Virus record (IMG/VR): IMGVR_UViG_3300032236_000207
Coordinates: 1-62,845 of that record
DNA: 62,845 bases
Direction: 5' to 3' (one strand)
DNA from: a virus
Lineage: Duplodnaviria; Caudoviricetes
Positions 56,344 to 62,845 of the stretch are shown here, piece after piece. The notes under the pieces are model-generated. The model saw nothing but the letters and a program-made list of their open reading frames with translations, ran no database searches and was not told the origin of the DNA. The translations under genes and the position numbers were made by a program. The number at the start of each line of letters is the position of its first letter. Position 1 is the first letter of the stretch.

Positions 56344-57198
56344 ATGAGTATTAGTTCATCAGCGTTGTTAGTGGAGTTGAATATCAGCGTATGGCCTGCG
56401 TCTAAGTTAGACAGAGAAATAACGGACAAGGTCAATACAGATGCGTCAGCAGTCAGAGGTGCGAGTCAGACCAAGAAGAATCTATTTGCGGGGACTAGCC
56501 TACGCAAAGACATATCAGACTTCGCCGCGCGTGTTCGTCTGTATCACAACAAGCACACATTACCTTGGGCAGACAAGGGTGAGCGCATGTTGCCGACCAA
56601 GTTATTCATGGAATACAAGCAGACCATGAACGGGTTCGAGCAGACATTCAACATGATGTGCAACAACTTCTTTGTGGAGTATCCGCGTCTTGTCGCAGAA
56701 GCACCTACTAACCTAGGCACTATGTATAAGGCAGAGGACTATCCCGACCTAACAGATGTTAGGTTGAAGTTCGGTTTCAAGCGAACAGTAAAGCCCGTGC
56801 CTGAGGCGGGCGACTTCCGACTGGACATACCTGCGTATGACTTGGATGAGATGCGAGCCGAGTTCGAGAAGCAACACGAGACTAAGTTAGCCGAGGCTAT
56901 GCGTGAGCCGTGGGAGCGTCTGCATAAGATGTTAGTAGGAATGTCGGAGAAGTTGACTGATGTTGAGGGTGATGATTCCAAGAAGCGTTACCACGACACA
57001 CTTATCTCTAACCCCATAGAGTTGTGTGGACTGCTAACCAAACTGAATGTGACCAACGACCCCAAGTTGGAGGAAGCACGACGTCAGTTGGAGTTGACCA
57101 TGCTTGGCGCAGACATTGAGAGTATTAAAGAAGATGCACAGTCTCGCAGTGCACTCAAGTCCAAGGTAGATGCTATCTTGGGTAAGTTCGATTGGTAA
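56344..57198 (+). CDS. Conserved helical protein accompanying AAA/VWA modules (DUF3150-like, tentative)
   Basis: TLPW..G.R.LP, DYP, FPV-like KPVP motifs; GGAGG RBS. Confidence 0.6.
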   Translation: MSISSSALLVELNISVWPASKLDREITDKVNTDASAVRGASQTKKNLFAGTSLRKDISDFAARVRLYHNKHTLPWADKGERMLPTKLFMEYKQTMNGFEQTFNMMCNNFFVEYPRLVAEAPTNLGTMYKAEDYPDLTDVRLKFGFKRTVKPVPEAGDFRLDIPAYDLDEMRAEFEKQHETKLAEAMREPWERLHKMLVGMSEKLTDVEGDDSKKRYHDTLISNPIELCGLLTKLNVTNDPKLEEARRQLELTMLGADIESIKEDAQSRSALKSKVDAILGKFDW

Positions 57199-57224
57199 CT
57201 AAGAAATCTTAGAAAGGGAATGAT

Positions 57225-58091
57225 ATGAGTGAATCACAGGCAGTAAGTATGAATTTGTTTGCGTTGAGCAATGTTGAGTTGCACCCCGATGTATCCAAGA
57301 AATTGGGTAATGAGACGATAGGCGACCCGCCTAACGATATGTGCAGATTGGTAATGCACTTGGCTATGGCAAACCCATTGTGGCGGTTTGTCGTTACCGA
57401 TACTATGGGAGACCATAGACCCGTAGGGTTCGGTGTGATTGATAGTGGCGAGGTGATTGGCAAGATTGGTAGGCAGTATTACCGAGGGGACTACAAACTC
57501 TCGCTAACCAACGACCGCATTAGCAATGCTAGAGAACGCACATCCTCATACCGCACGTCAGATGTGGACAAGGCTATCCTCATGGCGAAGAAGATGTTCT
57601 TTCGTCTCAAGCCCAACGAGCGTATCGAGAAGGCGTATGAGCAAGCCCACAAGGTGATGACTAACCAACTCTACGATAAGCAGAGGGAGCATCGCTATGC
57701 CGAGCGGGAGACCGAGAGTCTTGCGGTTAAGTTCATCATGGGAACTGGCTTTCCTTTGTTCTTGGGGTATGTAAACGGCCTGCCTGAACATGAGAAGAAG
57801 CCCATACTAGCGAAGATGGAGCAGGCCAAGAAGTTCAAGCAAGACATGATGACCATTGAAGCAATCAAGGATAGGTTCGGTGGTGAACACACAGCCCTAA
57901 TCATCAAAGATGAGGGTAAATACATGGTGAAGATTGGACAAGATGTTCAGATTTACGATGATAATACGCTCCCCGAATCCATGCGGGGTAAGTTGGGTAT
58001 GTTGAAGTTGGTTGAAGCCGAGCACTTCATATCTAGCGTGGGGTGTCGTATCAATGATGAGATATTCGTAGTATTAACAGAGGAGACCTAA
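57225..58091 (+). CDS. Hypothetical protein
   Basis: 288 aa; stop lies in a palindrome. Confidence 0.75.
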   Translation: MSESQAVSMNLFALSNVELHPDVSKKLGNETIGDPPNDMCRLVMHLAMANPLWRFVVTDTMGDHRPVGFGVIDSGEVIGKIGRQYYRGDYKLSLTNDRISNARERTSSYRTSDVDKAILMAKKMFFRLKPNERIEKAYEQAHKVMTNQLYDKQREHRYAERETESLAVKFIMGTGFPLFLGYVNGLPEHEKKPILAKMEQAKKFKQDMMTIEAIKDRFGGEHTALIIKDEGKYMVKIGQDVQIYDDNTLPESMRGKLGMLKLVEAEHFISSVGCRINDEIFVVLTEET

Positions 58092-58094
58092 CAA

Positions 58095-58295
58095 ATGTTA
58101 GAAGTAAAACTAGACAACCATCCGACCACAAGAATGTTTCCACGCACATTAGAAGAAGCGTATCCCAAAGATTACGTCAACAATTTCTTTGAGGGCCCGT
58201 TTTACAGTGCTCCACATATCAGCGAATACTCAGTCTTGCTTGCATTGATAGCAGTGTTCAGTATGTTGGGCTATGCAATGTGGAGGTATTTCTGA
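58095..58295 (+). CDS. Small membrane protein
   Basis: TTRMFPRTLEEA motif plus C-terminal TM helix; start lies in a palindrome. Confidence 0.65.
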   Translation: MLEVKLDNHPTTRMFPRTLEEAYPKDYVNNFFEGPFYSAPHISEYSVLLALIAVFSMLGYAMWRYF

Positions 58296-58395
58296 TGTTA
58301 GAAACAATCGCATGGATAGTATTTCTAATGGGGCTAGGCGCAGTCGTAGTGGTTGCCGTAGGACTAGCAATAGTTTATATAAGTAGGGAGGACAT

Positions 58396-58755
58396 ATGAA
58401 TGACTTTTTTTGGGGCGCAGGTATAAGCGCAGTAATTTGGACATTGATTAGTTTTGTTTGGGGGTTCGTGGAGGAACATAAGAAAGACAAGGCTAACAAA
58501 GTTAGGGAGAAGTTGGCGTACCACGGCACTGCACTGGTATCCCCACAAATATCCCCCAGTTTTGGCAAGGTAGAGCCACAAGTGCGGATTGGGATGATGA
58601 ACGCAATGAACGGCAGACTGCTAGAGGTTGCATCTACTACGCTAAACAGACACGGGGATAGAGACTATGTAGTCGAGCACTACATCATTGATGAGACCAA
58701 GCCATTGTCGGAGGAGATAGCGGTGGTGATGCTTATGAAGGGGATGAGTAAATGA
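58396..58755 (+). CDS. Membrane-anchored hypothetical protein
   Basis: GGAGG RBS, N-terminal TM helix. Confidence 0.65.
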   Translation: MNDFFWGAGISAVIWTLISFVWGFVEEHKKDKANKVREKLAYHGTALVSPQISPSFGKVEPQVRIGMMNAMNGRLLEVASTTLNRHGDRDYVVEHYIIDETKPLSEEIAVVMLMKGMSK

Positions 58756-58931
58756 AAGAGCACGAAATGATTTCTGCGATTACTCTGCGTGACTTCTTTG
58801 CGTCTCAGGCTATGCAGGGTGCTTTAGCAGGTATCGCTACTAGAGCGGAGGTTATTCGCTACTCAGAGTTAGCGGGACTAGCGTACGAAGTAGCGGACGC
58901 AATGATGGAAGCGAGAGATGAGGAAGCGTAG
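58752..58931 (+). CDS. Small conserved phage protein (not in ORF track)
   Basis: TLRDFFASQAMQG..AYEVADAMMEAR pattern. Confidence 0.65.
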   Translation: MKEHEMISAITLRDFFASQAMQGALAGIATRAEVIRYSELAGLAYEVADAMMEARDEEA

Positions 58932-59391
58932 CAAATACAGACCCAAGGGAGTTCTGCCCGACCCGATGACTTGGTTGTTGGCGGGTATGAAACCTTTCAA
59001 AGAAGTGCCTTTTAGCGTAGACCTACGTATCAAGAACCACGGTGCTATGGATGCGCTACGCAGAGGCATTGCTACCAAGGATGACATGGATGTTCTGATT
59101 GGTGCGTTCAACATGACCGAGGCATGTATCCGACTGCGACCTGAGTTGGGTGCGGACTGGGCAGATGAAATCAAGGCGGGGCAAGATGCGCTCTATGCAG
59201 TTTCTAAGCGAGGTGCAAATAGTATGCGGTTCATTCTCAAGGCGAGTGAACTTGTGGCTATGAACCTAGTCATGGAACTACATGATGTGCAACTAGACCA
59301 AACAACAGTAAGCGACTTGGAGAAGGCTATGGATATTGTGAAAGAAGAACATAGATTGAAGAAGATGCGACCAGTCAAGGAGAAGGTATGA
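58918..59391 (+). CDS. Hypothetical protein
   Basis: MRKRSKYRPK start, 157 aa. Confidence 0.7.
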   Translation: MRKRSKYRPKGVLPDPMTWLLAGMKPFKEVPFSVDLRIKNHGAMDALRRGIATKDDMDVLIGAFNMTEACIRLRPELGADWADEIKAGQDALYAVSKRGANSMRFILKASELVAMNLVMELHDVQLDQTTVSDLEKAMDIVKEEHRLKKMRPVKEKV

Positions 59392-59651
59392 CACAAGATG
59401 AAATCATTGAGATGGCTAGAGAGTCTGGGTTAGAAACACAAGATGGGTTTTCTGAATCTGTTTTTTACTTTGCCAAACTGGTAGCAGACAAAAGAGTTGA
59501 AGGCATGGTAGTAATGACCCCTGACGAATTCAAAAGCGTATGGGATAAAGCGCAAGCAGAAGAGCGTGAGGCGTGTGCGCTTATTGGCGATGGCTATCAC
59601 GATGAAGAAGCAAACTGTGGTGATTTAATCAGAGCAAGGGGACAAGCATGA
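59388..59651 (+). CDS. Small hypothetical protein (paralog A)
   Basis: MTQDEIIEMAR..FAKLVA..ERE..IRARG. Confidence 0.7.
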   Translation: MTQDEIIEMARESGLETQDGFSESVFYFAKLVADKRVEGMVVMTPDEFKSVWDKAQAEEREACALIGDGYHDEEANCGDLIRARGQA

Positions 59652-59923
59652 CACAAGATGAAATCATTGAGATGGCTAGACAGGCTGGTTTTGATGTCAA
59701 AGAATGGGGTGATGAAACATTGGTTCGTACCGTACACAGCAAGGGTTACTTTGTTGTCATCAATCAAAAACTTGAAGCCTTTGCCAAACTGGTAGCAGAG
59801 AAAGAGCGTGAGGAATGTGCCAAGATTATTTATGACTCTTGGGAATCAACAACAGCGGGTGAAGGCATACCCGAAGATTGGCTTTTGACTTTGGCAGAAC
59901 TAATCAAAGCAAGGGGAAACTAA
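59648..59923 (+). CDS. Small hypothetical protein (paralog B)
   Basis: First 33 nt identical to paralog A. Confidence 0.7.
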   Translation: MTQDEIIEMARQAGFDVKEWGDETLVRTVHSKGYFVVINQKLEAFAKLVAEKEREECAKIIYDSWESTTAGEGIPEDWLLTLAELIKARGN

Positions 59924-60222
59924 TGCAGTCAGTTCATTCAACAGGCTACATGGTGCGTAGCATATACAAAGGAACATATGAAAAAACAGGAAGAGATGAT
60001 GGAACAGGATACGTCTTGTATCGAACAAGAACCCTTGCACAACAACACATCGACAAGTATTGCGAAGGCAAAGCGTTCGTCGTCAAAGTCAGGGTTGCGA
60101 TTACGCCGACTGAGTCAAGCCGAAATGAACGCGCATTGGCCATTCACAAGGCTAGACCCAAAACTATTTCCGAAAAACTTAAAAACAACTTCTTTCCCTA
60201 CTGAAGAAGAGGAAGCACTACT

Positions 60223-60423
60223 ATGACAACAGGAATTGAAGAACTTAAACCAATAACAAAACGCAAGGGGCGAGGCCTTGGTAAGAAACCTGCGCTTTTT
60301 TGCACGAGTTTGCGTCTACCAAAGGAGGTGATGGATTACTTCAACACTAACTTTCCGTATACAAAGCAAGCCAAGATGAGAGAAATTCTTACTGAATACA
60401 TTAACCAACAAACAAGGAGTTAA
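60223..60423 (+). CDS. Ribbon-helix-helix-like DNA-binding protein
   Basis: RGLGKKP basic arm then TSLRLPKEVMDYF..MREIL strand-helix-helix pattern. Confidence 0.55.
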   Translation: MTTGIEELKPITKRKGRGLGKKPALFCTSLRLPKEVMDYFNTNFPYTKQAKMREILTEYINQQTRS

Positions 60424-60424
60424 C

Positions 60425-60949
60425 ATGGTTACTAAAAAGAAACGCACAAGCAGAACTAAGACCGCACAGATTCGTGCTTACATAGCAGAGAATCCCGAAG
60501 CGACACCGAAGACCATTTCGGGGCTATACGGCATCCCGCTCAAGTCCGTGTATCAGATTACATATCAGATACGCAAAGAGAAGAAGCCCGTCATCGTCAC
60601 TGCAACACAGGCAGCCATCGCTAATAGGCTAGGGGTATCAACGCAGGAGTATGTCAAGAGAGTTTACGAATTGACGAGAGGGCGTGACCGACGCCACCCC
60701 GTTACAGGTAAGCGTCTCATGCAAGGCGCAGATATTGTGGCAACACATCACACCGACATGGTCAACCATCCTCCGCACTACAAGCAAGGGGGCATCGAGA
60801 CTATCGACTTCATCGAGGCGAAAGAGTTGGACTACAACCTTGGCAATGTTGTGAAATACATAACACGAGCCGACCACAAGGGCAACAAGTTGGAAGACTT
60901 GAAGAAGGCACAGTGGTATCTCAACCGAGCCATTGAAAAGTTAAACTGA
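60425..60949 (+). CDS. DUF3310/SaV-like protein with N-terminal HTH-like region
   Basis: DMVNHPPHY..IETIDFI..GNVVKYITRA..EDLKKAQWYL. Confidence 0.8.
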   Translation: MVTKKKRTSRTKTAQIRAYIAENPEATPKTISGLYGIPLKSVYQITYQIRKEKKPVIVTATQAAIANRLGVSTQEYVKRVYELTRGRDRRHPVTGKRLMQGADIVATHHTDMVNHPPHYKQGGIETIDFIEAKELDYNLGNVVKYITRADHKGNKLEDLKKAQWYLNRAIEKLN

Positions 60950-60985
60950 TACTAGGGGGTAACATAATTGGAGGATGACCTAGCC

Positions 60986-61086
60986 GATAGATGTGACGGT
61001 GTCTTTCTCAAGCAGAGTCCCCCTTAGTTGATTTGCTCTGCTTGAACCTTAAGCGTGACGGGGGGCACGCAATCTATCAGCCCCCC
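60986..61086 (+). ncRNA. Candidate pseudoknotted structured RNA
   Basis: GAUAGAU/AUCUAUC, UCAAGCAGAG/CUCUGCUUGA and GCGUG/CACGC stems; G6 loop complementary to downstream C6. Confidence 0.5.
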
Positions 61087-61113
61087 AACCTAACATTTGT
61101 TAGGGTAAGTCCT

Positions 61114-61136
61114 AGCCACCTTCGGGTGGCTTTTTT
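61114..61136 (+). terminator. Rho-independent terminator closing the early region
   Basis: AGCCACC-TTCG-GGTGGCT followed by TTTTT. Confidence 0.88.
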
Positions 61137-61146
61137 ACGTCCGTAG

Positions 61147-61174
61147 TTGACAAAGTCAAATGCTGTGCTATACT
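61147..61174 (+). promoter_or_regulatory. Sigma70-type promoter with TTGAC-N3-GTCAA palindrome
   Basis: TTGACA-16 nt-TATACT; near-identical to 2300. Confidence 0.65.
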
Positions 61175-61207
61175 GCCCTTCTGAAAATAAATTGGAGGGT
61201 TAGTGGT

Positions 61208-61561
61208 ATGACTTTTAATTTGCGCCCTATCGTTATACATGACGAAGATTGGCTTAACGAATGCCCCGACTGCGGTGGCAACAACATGCATCAGGCTGAT
61301 GTATCTGTTTATAACAGTGACGGGTTTGACATAGAGTTTGTCCAAAAAACCCAAGGAACGAAAAACGTGGGGAAGACTCGCGTTACTCACGTAATGGCAG
61401 ATGGAACTGTCACAACCACTCGCGTGCTACGTGAACATGCAAACAACCCAAGCCAAGACCGTGAAGGGTTACGCCTAAGTTTTTGGTGCGAGCATTGCGA
61501 CAGCAAACCCAACTTAGTCATATTCCAACATAAGGGCACAACCTTTATAGGTTGGGAATAA
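61208..61561 (+). CDS. Zinc-ribbon hypothetical protein
   Basis: CPDCGG..CEHC..QHKG; GGAGG RBS. Confidence 0.7.
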   Translation: MTFNLRPIVIHDEDWLNECPDCGGNNMHQADVSVYNSDGFDIEFVQKTQGTKNVGKTRVTHVMADGTVTTTRVLREHANNPSQDREGLRLSFWCEHCDSKPNLVIFQHKGTTFIGWE

Positions 61562-61564
61562 CGC

Positions 61565-61870
61565 ATGGCACAAACTCCTGAGGCTAAGGTCAAGGCCAAA
61601 ATCAAAGCAATCCTTAAAACACATGGTGTCTACTACGCTATGCCGATTGGCACAGGGTTGGGCAATAGTGGTGTGCCCGACTTTCTATGTTGCGTGCATG
61701 GATTTTTTGTGGCTATCGAAGCCAAGGCGGGTAAGGGCGAACCTACCGCACTGCAATACAAAAATCTCGGTGACGTAATCAAAGCGGGGGGCTACTCTTG
61801 CGTCATCAAAGAAAACAACCTTCACTTCCTTGAGCAGGTGATTGCTGAGTGCAAAGAAAGGGCAGAATGA
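61565..61870 (+). CDS. VRR-NUC domain nuclease (resolvase-like)
   Basis: TPE..GVPD..AIEAK..PTALQ motifs. Confidence 0.85.
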   Translation: MAQTPEAKVKAKIKAILKTHGVYYAMPIGTGLGNSGVPDFLCCVHGFFVAIEAKAGKGEPTALQYKNLGDVIKAGGYSCVIKENNLHFLEQVIAECKERAE

Positions 61871-61871
61871 A

Positions 61872-62114
61872 ATGCCCCTGACCCCGCAACAGATTCAAAA
61901 TCAAGTAATGAACGCACTGAATGATTCGTTCGCCAAGGTGTATGCAGACGTATACCAAACAAGGTATCACATGAAATACAACTACGGCAAATACAAAATT
62001 TACAAAAGCGAATACGACGAATACCTACAACGAAGAAGCACTACGACCCTAGCAAGCGGGCTAGACAAAGTGACAGCAGAAGGCATGATGAAACTACTGG
62101 AGGAACCAAAATGA
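61872..62114 (+). CDS. Hypothetical protein
   Basis: ORF in operon; ATGA overlap with the next gene. Confidence 0.5.
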   Translation: MPLTPQQIQNQVMNALNDSFAKVYADVYQTRYHMKYNYGKYKIYKSEYDEYLQRRSTTTLASGLDKVTAEGMMKLLEEPK

Positions 62115-62446
62115 ACGAAGACTTTAACGAAGGCGTGAAGATAGCCATAGCACGGATGGAGAGCAACCCCGAGGAATTTTTTGAGCCCACACCTGACGGC
62201 AAGTGGAGTTGGATATATAAAGCAGAAGTGCGTGAGGTGCTAACCGAGGAAGAGAAGGTAGCCGTGCACAGCGCACTCAAGAAGGTGCGTCGCTTGGAAA
62301 TTACACATAGGGCTATGAAAGCAGTGCTACCTGAGTTGGAAGAGTCATACACCCCACAACTATTGCAACCCTCAACAGGCAAGGACGGTAAATACAAATA
62401 CAGCACGCAGAACAGATACATCCCACCTTGGAAGGAACCAAAATGA
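62111..62446 (+). CDS. Hypothetical protein
   Basis: NEGVKIAIARMESNPEEF motif. Confidence 0.65.
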   Translation: MNEDFNEGVKIAIARMESNPEEFFEPTPDGKWSWIYKAEVREVLTEEEKVAVHSALKKVRRLEITHRAMKAVLPELEESYTPQLLQPSTGKDGKYKYSTQNRYIPPWKEPK

Positions 62447-62845
62447 ACGAAGGCGTAAAAGTTTTAATCGAGCGGATGAAGACCAACCCCGAAGACTTTC
62501 AGTTGGTGCAAGACAAGAAGTCGAAGTATGACTTGAAAGAGGGTAAGTTCTACTGGGTAAAACAAGCGGTGGAAAGTTATCTGACGGGCGAACAAACAAG
62601 TTTACATTTAATGCTACTTAAGCAACAAGATTTGGATGCACTAGTAGACGCATATAGAGATATGCACCAACAGCAATTTACCAACAAAGTGATGAACCAT
62701 TTATTTAAGGAAGAAGAGGTTGCACCCGAAGTAGCAGGCGGTTGGTTACCGCAAGGGGCGAGGACGCTACAAAACACAAATTGGACAGACCCACGGATAG
62801 CGTATCTAAGCCAACAACAGCAAGCACAAAACGCGTTATCAGGCC
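62443..62845 (+). CDS. Partial hypothetical protein, paralog of 62111 (3' truncated)
   Basis: MNEGVKVLIERMKTNPEDF; open to the window end. Confidence 0.6.
   Translation, partial: MNEGVKVLIERMKTNPEDFQLVQDKKSKYDLKEGKFYWVKQAVESYLTGEQTSLHLMLLKQQDLDALVDAYRDMHQQQFTNKVMNHLFKEEEVAPEVAGGWLPQGARTLQNTNWTDPRIAYLSQQQQAQNALSG

Larger units (their letters stand above)
48078..61103. repeat. Dispersed palindrome family CTAACA-NN-TGTTAG (~24 copies plus 2 covariant copies)
   Basis: Copies or near-copies at 48078, 48188, 48783, 49077, 49252, 49676, 49814, 50054, 50454, 50777, 50977, 51172, 51666, 52275, 52747, 53316, 53434, 54147, 54755, 55979, 56749, 58088, 58493, 61090; variants at 54529, 57199. Confidence 0.92.

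Noticed and set aside
50054-58101. Canonical integron
   Set aside because: No tyrosine recombinase in the window and the sites lack the L boxes and length of attC; kept only as an analogy
48078-61103. Palindrome family as a CRISPR array
   Set aside because: Repeats are only 13-14 bp, spacing is irregular (about 0.1-2.6 kb), the intervals are whole genes, and no cas genes are present
47760-62845. General avoidance of all 4-bp palindromes in the early region
   Set aside because: GGCC, TCGA, CATG and GCGC occur repeatedly, so the depletion is site-specific
1-62845. Stop-codon recoding, tRNA genes, terminal repeats, integrase
   Set aside because: Core genes are intact in code 11, no cloverleaf was recognised, the window ends do not match each other, and no integrase motifs were seen

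Overview
The window is most of a tailed dsDNA phage genome with podovirus-like gene content (ejection proteins, tail-tube/nozzle-like proteins, no tape measure). The sigma70 promoters and GH19 endolysin suggest a Gram-negative host (inference). It has three blocks: (1) 1-6.95 kb, + strand replication genes (HNH, SNF2 helicase, SSB-like protein, HTH, primase-helicase); (2) 7.0-47.7 kb, - strand packaging, structure and lysis genes (terminases, portal, GroES-like, scaffold, major capsid, small basic proteins, tail/fibre proteins, holin, endolysin, GNAT, three ejection-type proteins); (3) 48.2-62.8 kb, + strand early/accessory genes (many small ORFs, MoxR-like AAA ATPase plus HExxH/VWA protein, DUF3310-like, VRR-NUC). 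No DNA polymerase, integrase, tRNA or CRISPR array was seen, and both ends cut ORFs. The most unusual feature is block 3. It holds about 24 copies of the palindrome CTAACA-NN-TGTTAG plus 2 covarying CTAAGA-NN-TCTTAG copies; these sit after strong promoters and often supply the TAA stop of one gene and the ATG of the next. By manual scan the same ~15 kb has no GATC and no AGCT, although both are common elsewhere. Also noted: three candidate structured RNAs, a candidate antisense sRNA, a second operator-bearing promoter class, an overprinted ORF with its own RBS, and a shared x-A-x-G-G motif in small basic and ejection proteins. All counts and family calls were made by eye, without searches.
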